A DNA stretch of 64,000 bases from Chiloscyllium plagiosum (GCF_004010195.1 NC_057718.1:94717350-94781349), one strand, 5' to 3'. Numbered from the stretch's first letter, positions 12,593 through 25,863 are shown. Notes: a model not told the origin generated them from the letters alone. Numbers and translations: made by a program.

Positions 12593-12859
12593 ACCCTATG
12601 TGTAAAGAATTGAAGTAAACAAGGCACATCCGGTGTTAACTTCATGATTTTTTCCCTACCATTTGACTTCTTGTCTCAATGAGCTTCATAACCTACACTT
12701 CTCCATAATTTTCCCCTAACTGATTATTGCAACCTCCTTAAAACTTGACCTCCACCTGAACATCTGTTGCTCTAACTCTGGTCCACTACCTATCCATCCC
12801 CTCCCCTCTCAATTTTCCCACTGTTTGTCTCTAAGCTTTAAACTGGTATTAACTTAGGT

Positions 12860-13610
12860 AGAAACACAAAGTAGGAGCAGGAGTAGGCTATTTGGCTCAT
12901 CTAGTCTGTTCTGCCATCCAATACAATCCAAGCTGACCCTCTGTCTCAATGTCATTCTCCTGCTCTCTCACCATAACCCTTGAAACCTTTAGTCTCCAGC
13001 CAAGTATTCATTTCTTTCTTAAATATATTCAGCGATATGGCTTCCATAGTTCTATAGGTTCACCACCGTCCAGTGTTTATTGCCCATTGCCAGAGGACAG
13101 TTAAGAGTCAACCACATTGCTGTGGGTCTGGACCAGACCAGGTAAGGATGATGGTTTCCATTCCTGAAGGGCATTAGTGAACTGGAATGAAGAAATTTCT
13201 CCTCATCTGAGTCTGAAATGGTCTACCCCCATATCCTGAGAATACGGCTCCATTTATTGGAATCATAGCCCAGGGGAAACACCATTCCTGCATCCAGCCT
13301 CTCCAGTCCCGTCAGAACTTTACACATGTCAATAAGATCCTCTCTCATTCTTTTAAACTCGTGAACAGAAGCCCAGTCAAGCTGATCCCTCCTCATGTGA
13401 CAAACGTGTTATCGCAGGGTTTAATATGGTGAACCTTCACTGCACTCCCTCTGAGACAAGTCTAACTGTTCTTAGATAAGGAGACCAAATCTGCAAACGA
13501 TACTCCAGGTCTCACCAAGGTCCTTTACAACTGCGATGAGAATCCCTAGCCCCTCTACTCTCAAAACAAAGACCAACTTATCAATTGCCTCCCTGCCTGC
13601 TTACTGCAGA
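12860..13610 (-). mobile_element. CR1 LINE 3' fragment with a SINE-B piece inserted at ~13075-13185
   Basis: gtaggagcaggagtaggc tail; ggagaccaaatctgca..tactccag is the minus strand of the LEYCVQFWSP block. Confidence 0.75.
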
Positions 13611-14020
13611 GCAAGGCTAGGGGGACAATGAGAGGAATTAGCAGCATAGACTGGAGTAGAAACTGAAACTGACTGAATGGAGGTAAGAGTGTCAGATTGA
13701 ATTGATGGCAGGATGAGAGAGAGAGGAGAGAAGTGCCAATATCAAACTAAAAGATGAAGAAACAGGAAGTGTCTCGCAAAAGGATAAAGTTCTATCACTA
13801 CAGGGTCCTGGAAGGCTAGTAAGCATGTCTGAATTGTGTTCACACTGGGAAGATCAATTAGGTTGAGCTTTAGTGAAGTGATGCTCAGATTTACGTGTTC
13901 AAACCCAAAATGTCAACATCAATTTCATTTTGATTTTATGAAGAAATGATTCATTTTGAACACAATGTCAAAAATGAAGCACTCAGGTATAAAATAAATA
14001 CTCAACACTTGTGTATCCCG

Positions 14021-14253
14021 AAACCAAAGAACTGTGGGTGCTGGAAATCGGAACCAAAAACAGAAATTGCAGGAAAAACTCAGCAGGTCTGGCAGCGTTT
14101 GTGAAGAAAGGAATGGAGTTAACATTTCAGGTTCAATAACCCTTTTTCAGGATGCTACTGGTGAAGAGTAACTGGACCTAAAACATTAACTCTGCATTCT
14201 CTCCACAGATGCTGTCAGAACTGCTGAGTCTCTCCAGTAATTTCTGTTTCTGT
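14021..14253. mobile_element. Palindromic PLE-derived element family 2
   Basis: Arms cagaaattgc..gttaac and ttaactc..aatttctg are inverted; TSD acttgt(g/c)tatc at 14007-14017 and 14254-14264. Confidence 0.8.
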
Positions 14254-14711
14254 ACTTGTCTATCACTTCAATTTAAAGTCACCAAGTCGGTGTCACTATG
14301 GGGGGAGCCGTAGTTGCTTAGTGGGAAGTAGGAGGATGAGCTGGAAATGTGTGGTCAGCTAAGTCTGGTCCCCGCCCTGTGTGTGTGCCAAATGAAATGA
14401 TTTGCAGTCAATTTGCGGCTGCCTGATAGGAAACCAAACAATAATATCTGCAATAGAATCTTGCCTCCAGACCACAAACACTTCCACAAGCTTGATCCCT
14501 TCCAAGTTTGTAATTAGAATGAAACACAGTTTCAAATACCTGTTATCAAAGCCATAATATCTTGTGACTTGAGTCAATGTCATACCTAATTTGGTGTTGG
14601 CTTTTTGCATCAGCTACATTCACACTATAACATGAGCAACACCTCAGCGTAAAGGCTCTGAGGATTAGCCCTGCTGATTGCGAAGTCGGAGGTGGTAAAT
14701 ACTGCAACAAG

Positions 14712-15025
14712 GAGGTGATGGCCTAATGGTATTATCACTGGACTGTTAATCCAGAGACAACAGTATAGTGCTGGAAACGCACAGCAGGTCAGAGACCCAG
14801 GTAATGTTCTGGATTCAAATCTTGCCATGGCAGATGGTAGAATTCGAATTCAATAGAAGTCTGCAATTAAGAGTCTAATAATAAGTCCATTGTCAGGAAA
14901 AACCCATCAGTTCACGAATGCCCTTCAGGGAAAGAAACTGCCATCTTTACCTGGTCTAGCCTACATATGACTCCAGACCCATAGCTAAGTGGTCAAGTCT
15001 TAACTGGGTAATAAGAGATGATTTT
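14712..15025 (+). mobile_element. tRNA-derived SINE family B
   Basis: gatggcctaatggtattatcactggac..gattcaaatc..catggcagatgg..ccatctttacctggtc; other copies at 29548-29876, 50585-50945 and 58515-58710, and on the minus strand at 17600-17840 and 21030-21340. Confidence 0.8.
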
Positions 15026-15406
15026 TTTAAAAAATGTTGCAGAAAGGATCTGAAGCTGATGGTGGGCCCACTATTTGCATACTTCAAGAGTTTAACCTGA
15101 GAATGTTTGATTGCTTGCCTCACCCATGTCATATTGAGTCAAATTTATTTTACCTCTTAAACTGCTCAACCATCTTGCACTTGGTCACTTGGCATCAGTC
15201 CAGTTTTCCAAATACTCTCCTTTAGTCTGCTACATCCAGAAACAAAAGGAAAGAGGAAGATTTTCCCCCAATGTATTGTTCCCAAGTGGATTTAATCATC
15301 AGAAAGTTTTCAAGGTTGAATTTGGCTGTGAGGCAGTAAAAGAGTGTGATTTATATTCAGTTCTCCTGGGCAACTATTGTAGGGAATATTGAAAATAATG
15401 TTGATT

Positions 15407-15967
15407 ATGACGTGGAGGTGCCAGTTTTGGACTGGGTTGGACAAGGTCAAAAATCGCACAATGCCAGGTTATAGTCCAACGGATATATTTGAAAGCACTA
15501 GCTTTCAGAGCGCTGCCCCGTCGTCAGGTGCTAGTGAGAGAGGAAGACCTGAGGCACAGAAGTTCTAAGGAAAAGATCAAAGGGTCATACAACTCATGCG
15601 AACAAATTAAACACACTTAAGATGGCTCTTAAATCTTTAATCAGTTAGAATGGAGGTGCAGGTTTTGAATGATTGATAAAACCTCAAGATGTCTTGGGGC
15701 AGTGACTTGAAAGAAATTCTGGGATTTGCATATTAACCAGTCGAAACCTGCCCCTCAATTCTAACTGATCAAAGATTTAAGAGCCATCTTAGGTGTGTTT
15801 AATTCATTTGCATGAGTTATATAACCCCTTGATCTTTTCCTTCTAAATTTTGTGCCTAACATCTTCCTCTCTCACTAGCACCTGATGAAGGAGCTGTGCT
15901 CCGAAACCTAGTGTTTTCAAATAAACCCATTGGACTATAGCCTAGCGTTGTGTGATTTCTGACCTTG
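15407..15967. mobile_element. Long palindromic PLE-derived element family 3 with hammerhead cores in both arms
   Basis: 15443-15678 is inverted to 15731-15967; cores CTGACGA..GAAAGCTA (minus) and CTGATGA..GAAACCTA (plus); flanks ttgatt/ttgatt. Confidence 0.85.
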
Positions 15968-16863
15968 ATTGACTCTATTTAAAATAAAAACATAAAACTC
16001 AGAGGACTCCCTCTACACACTCAGGCACCACATGATACCGTAAACCTGACACCGTCAACTGATCCAACACCACCCCACTCCCCCCGACTTTTCCTAGTCT
16101 TTTAATGCCCCCTCCTCCCGCCCCTTGTCTACAGGGAAGATCTGATCTTGGGGTATGTAATTCCACAGTTTCTTAACCTTGTATACAGGTTTACTGTTTC
16201 TGATATAAATCCCTGCCAATAATGTGAAACCTATAGCCTCATGTGAATCAGTGTGAAATTTCCAAGGTGAAATGAACACTTTGATATGAGGCTGTAGTAA
16301 CATGAATGCAGTGAGGGGGAAACTGTGCAGTATCGAGTGAGTTTAGACAATTTCTAAAGAAGGTAATGATATTACCCCACCAGAAAATTAAATGCGTGCT
16401 GTGATCTGTTTCTTTTTTCAAATCTATAATCACAGGCAGCAGCTAGAATAACAGTCATGAAGCACATTATTAAAACAAGTCATTGTTTTTCAGTTCCAGG
16501 CTTAGATGAGGAAGGGATGTCAAGGACACGAAGCAAGGATTCATTACAGCCCAAGAAGGTGAGTAATCCATTGTTTCATTCTGAGGAACTCTGCACAGAT
16601 AAATCAATATCTTGATTTTGACTGGAATGAGCAGGCCATAAGGGTCATGGTACCTAAGGGAACAGGCGAACGACTCAATAGTGAGGAAAAGAGTTCTCAT
16701 CTTGTGAAACATTAGAAACAAAAACCTTTTCTAAACTGTGGGCAGGAGTTTCCTGTCCAGCATCGCAGCCTTTGGAAATATGATGGGATTGAGTCTCTGT
16801 CCTTCTGCTATTTGAAATGCTAAATGCTGCCAGATAGGCTGGGGTTTGTACTATTCAAGGGAA

Positions 16864-17085
16864 GGGGCGCTATTGGTTAGTTCTGTTGGCTGGACAGCTG
16901 CTTTGTGATGCAGAGTTGATGCCAACAGCGTGGGTTCGATTCCCCCACCTACTGAGGTTACCATGAAGGCCTCTCTTTCTCAACCTCTCCCCTCGTCCGA
17001 AGCACAGTGACCCTCAGGTTAAACCATCACCAGCCATTGACCTTTCATGAGAGAGAGCTACTTCTTCTGATGTCTATGGCATTGC
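16864..17085 (+). mobile_element. tRNA-derived SINE family C
   Basis: B box ggttcgattcc; gaccctcaggttaaacc body. Confidence 0.7.
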
Positions 17086-18489
17086 TTACTCATAATGGGC
17101 AGACACCTTAGCAGCATTAGATGAAAGCTGTATATACCAAAGGGTATGAATTACATTCGTTGGACAGGTTTGTTGAGACTTAAAAGGGGGAGGCAGGTGG
17201 CTAATATAAAAGTCGTCTAGTTTGGTAAGGCTATTGGGTGGTGGCAGTTGGGCAAATTGAACATCGAACTCCATCCCACTTGTGTTTTGGTGGGAAGGAC
17301 TCTGGGTGTGGAGGGAGTGCATCGATACTTAACGATCCTTGCAGAACACCTGAGGAGAGAAAATACAGCTGGACATATCACCTCAGGAGCCCACTAAGGA
17401 TGCTTTAGTAGGAACAAGATCTGGAGGGCAATGAGGGCTGATCACTGAGCCTTCGCTCTCAGAGAAGTTAGAGACTAGCTTCAAGTTAATGTGGTCCCAT
17501 CTTCTAACACCCCCCTCCCTACCCTCATAACCATGGGAACTGATTTCAGTGGAAAGTGGGACTGTGATGGAGGTCTCTAACAGAACAGACGATGAGTCCT
17601 GATTTTAATTCAGGGACACGAGTAGGTTAGGACAGTGATTTCCTTCCCTACAGGACATTAGTGAAACATGTGGATTCTTCCCCAACAACTGTCACCAGTT
17701 TCAACGTCACCATTAGACCCTTAGTCACAGATACTCATTGAATTCAGATCCCACTATCTACCTTGGCAAGCTTTGAACCTGGGTCCCCAGAACATTACCT
17801 GGGTCTCGGGGTTAATAGTCTAGTGACAATAGTACTAAGTAATCAACTTGTGGAACACTTCTTACAAGATTCACATTAGGAACAGCATTACAATAAAAAG
17901 GAACGGGACATAATTTCAAATACTTTGTCTCTATGCCTGAATTTAGCAGGCTTTTTGTCACAGACCTTCTAAAGGGAAAGATGCTCTGTCTGTTCCTTGT
18001 TTATATTTTGATTTTTATATCAGCCACATGCCTCCTCATTTTAAGTCTCCCAAAACCTCTCTGAGGAGTGCAATTCTTTCCCATTGGTAGATTTTTAATT
18101 TAAATACAGCTTTCACCTGATACTGCCAAAGTATCTGTCTGTTGCGTGTGATTAACATCAAGAGACATCAGAAGAAGTTGTTATTCTGGCAAACAAGCAT
18201 ATTTGCGATTTCACTGGAAATAGGGATTTGATGAAAACTTTCTACTGTGTTTGTCAAGTTGCCAGCAGATAATAGCCACACTATATCAAGTGCTTCATAT
18301 ATTATTGGTATTTTGTTTCTATCTGATTTGTGTTGTGTAAGGTAATGGTTCTAAAGGAGTTAATATTCATGGTATGTTGACTCTACCTACTTTACTGCTG
18401 GTCTATAGGTGAAGATTAGGAAGACTACTCCAGCTGTCAAAGGGAGCAAATGTATCTGGACCAGCTCCCTGAGGTCTTCATCATTATAA

Positions 18490-18775
18490 AGGCAAACTTT
18501 GGCTGATGCCGGAATGCTGAAACAAACATAGAGAATGCTGGAACAAATCAGAAATTGCTGGGAAAATTTCTCAGCAGGTCTGGCAGCACCTGTGGAGAGA
18601 AAGCAGAGTTAATGTTTAGGGTCCAGTGACCCTTCCTCAGAACTGGACCTGAAACGTTAGCTCTGTTTCTCTCTGCACAGATGTTGCCAGGCCTGCTGAG
18701 TTTCTCCAGCAATTTCTGATTTTGTTTCTGATTTCCAGCAGCTGCAGTTCTTTGTATGCTGGGGAAACTGAACAG
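18490..18775. mobile_element. Palindromic family-2 PLE element (18548-18753) nested in an older family-2 arm
   Basis: Inverted arms meet at cctcagaactggacctgaaacgtt; atgctgg is repeated on both flanks. Confidence 0.75.
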
Positions 18776-20551
18776 ATCCTGTCATCATGCCTGGCCAAAT
18801 GTAGTTCTATCTATTGCTGTCATGCAATAAATGTCCTTGTTATCAAAAGGCAGAGAACCTCTTCTGTAGAGATTTTATGGGGGTGTATCCTCTGTTAAGA
18901 CCCACTAGGTAGGCCCAAGATAAAGCAAAGACAGGGGAAGATTGGCGGCAATGAACTATCGCCAACACCTCTTACCCAGCACCATATGTTGGTAGAGGAG
19001 GTAAGGTACCAGGAGTGGTTGTTTGGGAAACACTACGATTCATTCACTGGTAATTCACCCTTTTTTCCCCATTTGTGCTCATTAGGTGAGCTGTTACACA
19101 GCAGCAGTTGGCATTCTAGGCTCACATTTGGGTTGGGGGAGGGCATAGAGTCAGGGAGCATGCTCACAGACAGGTGTACCCATTCATACCACTGATGGCC
19201 CAGCTTCGTCATCCAACCAGTGCAAACCCTCACAGAGGCAACATGGGAGGCAGCAACAAGGTCAAATGCCTGGTAGCTGGTTGACCACCTCATAGACCTT
19301 CTCAAGGCCACTTGTCAGAGACCATGCGGAATTTTCTAGTTGGGTTCTCTAGTTTGCTGATGGTGTCAGGAAGCAGCGTACATGCCAGGGTATGGCCTCA
19401 AAGCAGCCCTGGGGGTGGGGGAAAGGGGTTTACGGTGGAGAGGGAGTGAAGGCACAGCTCAAGGTTTAGTGCCCCTGGCTTTAGGTAGACTCACTTTGCA
19501 AAGGACTCACTTTACCTCCTCCACAATGTCAACCTGGATCTGGACCATTTTTCCCTTTATTTAGACCTGAATAAATTAGAGAAAGAGGGCATCTTAAAAG
19601 GAGCCTCACCCCTCTCTTATTTTCTTCAGTGTGGCTAATCTTTGAACACTTAACCCACTCCTACTGGCTACCAAGCTTTGAAAACCTGTCTGCCATCCTT
19701 AATTGATGCCTTGAATCCCTAGCCATCAATGAGCAGAGTCATGGAAAATCACTTCCCTGAGACTGTTCCCTCAAAATTTACAAATCTCTGATCCCTGTTG
19801 GACTAGACTAGGGACACTTTCTAAAGTCTATGAGAAACAAAATCTCCCCCACGTTTCCCTCATTGAGAATCACCACAAAATCTCCTGCTTCCTGTCCCGT
19901 GCTGTATCAACCAGTGTGGCCTGTTCAGGTAACATCTCACTCTAACCCTATCACTGGGTCCAAACCCTAGAATCCCCTTCCTCAGGGCATTGTAAGTCAT
20001 TTGGACTATAGTGGTTCAAAAATACAGCTCACCAGTGCCTTCACAAGGGCAACTAGGGACAGGCAATAAATGTTGGCCCAGCTCACATCCCACAAGCGAT
20101 TTTTGGTTTTGATTTATTTCTTGTCACGTGTATTTATTACAACTACAGTGAAAAGTGTTGTTGTCCCCGATGGCATCTTAAACACAGAAAATAAATCAAA
20201 ACACACAATATTAAGCCAGAAAAATAAAACAATGAAGTTAGGTGGTCTTTGGAACAACTCTCACTTCTAGCTTAGCCATCGGCCTAGATCCAGGCACCTC
20301 CAGTCATCACAGAGTAGTTGAGGGTGAGGGGTTTTGCTGGATATGCCATACACATTTTGTGTCCCTTCACTGCGCATGATGTTGTGGGACTCTGTAATCC
20401 ACAGAATGCTAAATGTTAACAGACACAGTATGAAAAGCTGCACAGGCTATTTATTCCAGTGACTATCCCACAGGATTAAATAGAATGATCCACAAAATGG
20501 CTTTCCTTGGGGAATACTGCTGAAGGAAATCTTTGAACATTTGTTATTAAT

Positions 20552-21535
20552 AACATAGGACCAGGGGTAGGCCATTCAGCCCCTCAAGCCTGTTCCACCA
20601 TTTAATGAGATCATGGCTGATCTGTGGTCTAACTCCATATACCTAACCGGCCCATTTCCCTTAATGCCTTTGCTTAACATATATTTATGTAGAACAATAC
20701 AGCATAGTACAGCTCCTTGATGTTGTGCCAATCTTTTATCTTACTCTAATATCAAACTAACCTACATACCTTACATTTTACTATCAACCATGTGCCTATC
20801 CAAGAGTTGCTTTAATGTCCTTAATGTATCTGACTCTACTACATTTCATGACCCACCACTCTCTGCGTAAAGAACCTACCTCTGACATCTCCCTGAAACC
20901 TTTGGCAAATCACCTTAAAATTATGCCCCCTCATGATAACAGAAATGTAGCTATTTCAGATTTAAAGTTAACAACCGGCCCAGGATAAACTGCTGTCTAT
21001 GGAAGAAAGTTCCTAACCTCTACCACCCTTTTTATTCAATTTATTTACAGAACGAAGGCATCACTGGCTAGGTCAGTACTAATTGCCAAGAGAGGAGTTC
21101 AGAGTCAACCATATTGCTGTGGGTCTTGAATCACATGTAGACCAGAATGGCAGCTTTCCTTCACTAAAGAACATTGATGGTTCTTCCCCAACAATCAATT
21201 CACAGTCATCATTAGACCCTTAATTCCAGGTTTTTATTGAATTCCAATTCCAACATCTGCCATGGTAGGATTTGAACCCAGAACATTACGTGGATCTTTG
21301 ACTTAATAACCCAGCAATAATACCCCTATGCCATCACCTTCACTGTGTGTATAGAAGCAATTCCTATCAACTCTCCTGAATGGTCTGGCCTAATATTTTG
21401 ACTATGCCTCCTTGTCCTAGAATCTCCAATCAGTGGAAATAATTTATCTTTATCTACCCTTTCTTTTCCTGTTATTATCTTGAAGACTTTGATCCGATCA
21501 CCCGTTAACCTCGTAAATTACAGAGAAAAAAAACT
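20552..21535 (-). mobile_element. Nested CR1 3' fragments with a SINE-B insert (21030-21340)
   Basis: Two different CR1 tails (cataggaccaggggtaggccattcagcc; tagaacaatacagc) and a reverse-complemented SINE B. Confidence 0.7.
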
Positions 21536-22028
21536 AACCAAGGATTTATTTTGGAAATCCGCCCAAAGCTTTCTTACTCACTAAAAACATTAATGAGAAA
21601 GAAAAATGATTTTAACAGGTAATGAGGTAATTCAGTGGGGCAGTTTAGGGGCTAATGGTGTTGTTATTTGGATGGTGTGAAAGTTCTCTTAACCCAGTAG
21701 TGTTCCACATGGACTATACTTCCACAGATCCATAGTTAAGGGAGATAGATTCTGTGCTGCAAATGACAGAAGCTGATTATAACAAGTGCAGCACAAGAAG
21801 AGCTAATGGAGAAAGAGAGACAGCAGGAACAGGATTTACTTCCATGCTGAACATATGTTTTGATTTTCAGCTCACAGACTACCTCATGAATGCCTTTTTC
21901 CAGTTCAGGTTAATATTGATTTCAGCCTGTGAAAGGTTTGCTCTGTAAGCATATAGTACAGATGGAGACCATTCACCCCATGTCAACTTATTGAAAGAAT
22001 TATCTGAAGGATTCCACTCCTTTCCCCT

Positions 22029-22235
22029 TTGCACATTCTCCCCATGTCTGCATGGGTGTGCTCTGGTTTCCTCCCATAGTCCAAAGAAGTGCAGCTCAGG
22101 TGAATTGGCCATGCTAAATTGCCTGTAGTGTTAGGTGCATTAGTCAGAGGGAAAATGGGTCTAGGTGGGTTACTGTTCAGAGGGTTGATGTGGACTGGTT
22201 GGGCTGAAGAGCCTGTTTCCACACTGTAGGGAATC
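22029..22235 (+). mobile_element. HE1 V-SINE, 5'-truncated
   Basis: V-domain and gcctgtttccacactgtagg tail. Confidence 0.85.
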
Positions 22236-22447
22236 TTATCATTCTTACGAGCAAAGTGAATTACTTCATGCCTTCCCATATTATGCTCCATCAGCTACTT
22301 TGTTGCCCAGTCACCAAACGGGACTTTACCTCTTTGCTGAACCTCTGTGTCCTCCTCCCATCTTGGGGCATTCCTGCACAGTATTGATTCATCACCAAAC
22401 TTAGATGCAGTGCTTTCTCTCCCTCTTTATCGAAATCAATCCTTCCA

Positions 22448-22795
22448 GAGCCCTGTCCCTCCTGATCCCTGCAATCTCCTCCAATCTTCTGAGATATCTG
22501 CATCTTTTAGTGCATTCCCAGTTATATTTGGCCTAACATTGTTGTCTGTGCTTTCAGTGGTCTATGGCCCAAGCTCTCAACCTATCAACCCCTCTTCCAC
22601 CCTATGTCTCTGTACCTCACTTTCCTCCTTTAAGACATTCCTTACAACCTCACTTTGACCAAGGTTTTGGACAGCTAAACAAAACTCTTCTCTTGTGGTG
22701 AGATGCCATATTTTCTTTCATCATATTCCTGTGAAGCGTCTTGAAAGGTTTAATTAGATCAAGGGTGCTATATAAATTTAAGTTGTTGCTGTTGA
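22448..22795 (+). mobile_element. L2 LINE 3' end
   Basis: tcctttaagacattcctta..tttgaccaaggttttgg and gtgctatataaatttaagttgttgctgttg terminus, typical of L2 tails. Confidence 0.65.
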
Positions 22796-23667
22796 TTAAA
22801 TGTAGATTGGTGGGCACTTACTCGATGCCTGTACAGGATCATGAGAGAAAATTAGACTAATAGAGAGCAAAATGAGGAGAAAACTGGCGTAGCAGATCTA
22901 CAGATAATGTTCTAACTATTTCTGCCCATCAAATCATCCACAACGATTTCGATAAGCTACCACAATCTACAATTGAATAACATTTCCAGCAACTCTGCCT
23001 GTTTATTGTAAAAATGAAGGAACCCCAAGTAAATAGTGAGCCAGAAATAGAAAGAGATTGTGGAAATGATTTATCATTAATGAATCAAAGCACAGCATTA
23101 AGTAATACTCAGTTGCTTTCTGTTAATTAATCTTTAATAGTATAATGTACATTTCCACCCATTATTGAAGTGGTTTTTATCACAGCAAATATCCACTTTA
23201 ACAATGGGCCAATTTCAGAATCACACTTTAACAAGTTAATAAAACAAACTATTAATCTTGTCAAGGCATTCAGAATTTCCCAATTATTTAATATCGACAA
23301 ACAACCTTTGCAGCAATTGCTGTTTAGAAAATCTCTCATTCAGAGCAGCACAGCAAGTGTAATTGTTGACCATTGACAAAAAATTACAGTGATTTATTAC
23401 TATACTTGATCCAGTGAACCCAGATCAATGAGTGAGGTATCGCATGCATCAGCTACATTGTTACCCACGAGTATCGTTCTATGCTCTGCTGCACCTATGT
23501 GTCCTCCTATCTTGCATTCCTATACGGTATTGAATCATCAGCAAACTTAGATTGAGGTACTCTCTACCTCTTTGTCTAAAAAGTCAATCCTCTCAAGCCC
23601 CTATCCCTCCCAATCCCTGCAATCGCCTCCAGCTGCACAACCCTCTAAGATATATATGTTCTAATTC

Positions 23668-24411
23668 GGGATGGGACCATTCACCACAGCAGATTCACCG
23701 CCGATGATTAGCCACTGCCCTTTGACCACCCAGGACGCTTAGCCACCGCCCATTGGCCACTGAAGACGATTTGCCACCGCAGGTAAGTCATATATTTTGA
23801 ATATTGGTGGTAGTGTTTACTTGTTTTAATAACCATTTATTTTTGTTAGTAGAATTTTTTTTAATGTTTAAGAAAAGTATGCATAGACGTATTGCTGCAG
23901 TTGGAGCAACTCGTCAATACAACACCGATCCTGATTATGCTTTAAAAGCAAAAATGATCATTGCTTTGGCTTTTGTGCCACTGACTGACATTGATACCTC
24001 CGTTGAAGCTCGCAGGTTTTTTTGCCTCAAGAACTACAACCAATACTAGATTGGAACATCTGAGAGGAATAGCGCATAACTATCAAATGAACTGAAATTT
24101 CATTGTTTAGTATTAATGTGAGATTTTACTGCCATTATAAAGATTTTGAAAATATATTTCCTTTTTCTGGTTAAAGTTTGTAACTCATTTTTATATATAA
24201 ACCAATAAAATGATATTTATTTTACCTCTTTTTTTTATCAATATGTAGTTGTATAAATAAAGGGGACTGAGAAGTATGATAGAACAGGCGGGAGGGAAAA
24301 CAATCAGTACATATATATATATTTCTGGTGGTGAACAGTCTCCAGAGGTAAATGACTGGCAGTGGCTAATCATTGGCGGTGAATCTGCCGTGGAGAATCA
24401 TCAACAACCAG
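23668..24411 (+). mobile_element. Mutator-like (MULE) DNA transposon deletion derivative
   Basis: About 50-bp TIRs (attcaccacagcagattcaccgccgatgattagccactgcc versus the reverse complement at 24358-24400); gccaccgc subterminal repeats; internal FKKSMHRRIAAVG..YNTDPDYALKAKMIIALAFVP resembles the MULE transposase segment after CxxH; degenerate 9-bp TSD ttctaattc/ctataattc. Confidence 0.75.
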
Positions 24412-24798
24412 CTATAATTCTAGCCTCTCCATGTTATGTTTACTCCGTCATTGTTGTCTGCGTGACTCACAAGTTTCACAAATAGAAAGTGCACAGTTTC
24501 ATAAATGATCAGTAGGAAATTCTGCCTGACCGCTGCAACAAACAAATCTTCAATTGATTTTCCATCTTCAACATTGAAGAAGTTGGGCATATAAATGTTA
24601 GCTTGAATATTTCTAAGAAAGGCTCAGTTTTCAAAGTTTTTAGCCTTGCACTCATCCTGACAACTCACAAGAGTACCAATTCAAGGGGAAGCCCAGTATA
24701 AGAGGAGAATGTTGATTGGTTGTCAAATGGACCCTGATGGGTAGAGTCCACTTGCCAACCAGTCAGCAACCTCCTCTCTTACTATAAATGTTAAATCC

Positions 24799-25363
24799 CA
24801 CACAACACCAGGTTATAGTCCAACGGATTTATTTGTAAGTACAAGCTTTCAGAGTGCTGCTTCTTCGTCAGATAGTGAGTGGGACAGGATCATAGAACAC
24901 AGAATTTATAGTAAAAGATCAAAGTGTCATACAACTGATGCGATGTATTGAACAAACTAAGATTGCTGTTTATCAGCTAGAATGGGGATGCAGGTTTCAG
25001 TTCATTAATATGTAAATCCCAGAACTTCGTTCAAGTCACTGTCCCAAGATAATTTAAGGTTTTATAAAAAAAAGGTGACATCTCAGCTCAAACAATTCAT
25101 TAAAGGTGTGAGGTTACAGTCTGTCTGTATCCCAAACTTGAGTCAGACTGGTTCTATCTCCAAAGTAGGAATTTATAAAGTGTCACATGGACTGACTGCC
25201 GACACATTGCGCATTTTTTGAACAAAATAGAAGGTACCTGCAAATACAAATCTGTAAATGCAAATTCACCCCATAGACTTATGTGTATGTGTGTATGCAC
25301 ATGAGAGAGAGAGAGAGAGACAGTGTGTGTGTGAGTGTATGTGTGTATGCACATGAGAGAGAG
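24799..25363 (-). mobile_element. PLE family 3, longer 3' region ending in a microsatellite at the gap
   Basis: Aligns with the left arm of the element at 15407; minus core CTGACGA-A-GAAGCAGCACTCT-GAAAGCTT; TG/AG repeats at 25281-25363. Confidence 0.75.
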
Positions 25364-25863
25364 NNNNNNNNNNNNNNNNNNNNNNNNNNNNNNNNNNNNN
25401 NNNNNNNNNNNNNNNNNNNNNNNNNNNNNNNNNNNNNNNNNNNNNNNNNNNNNNNNNNNNNNNNNNNNNNNNNNNNNNNNNNNNNNNNNNNNNNNNNNNN
25501 NNNNNNNNNNNNNNNNNNNNNNNNNNNNNNNNNNNNNNNNNNNNNNNNNNNNNNNNNNNNNNNNNNNNNNNNNNNNNNNNNNNNNNNNNNNNNNNNNNNN
25601 NNNNNNNNNNNNNNNNNNNNNNNNNNNNNNNNNNNNNNNNNNNNNNNNNNNNNNNNNNNNNNNNNNNNNNNNNNNNNNNNNNNNNNNNNNNNNNNNNNNN
25701 NNNNNNNNNNNNNNNNNNNNNNNNNNNNNNNNNNNNNNNNNNNNNNNNNNNNNNNNNNNNNNNNNNNNNNNNNNNNNNNNNNNNNNNNNNNNNNNNNNNN
25801 NNNNNNNNNNNNNNNNNNNNNNNNNNNNNNNNNNNNNNNNNNNNNNNNNNNNNNNNNNNNNNN
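25364..25863. other. Assembly gap (500 N)
   Basis: Run of n. Confidence 1.

Noticed and set aside
18860..19860. Possible Harbinger Myb/SANT-like relic (also ~2300-2620 and 58740-59120)
   Set aside because: Only a vague resemblance; no TIR, TSD or convincing motif.
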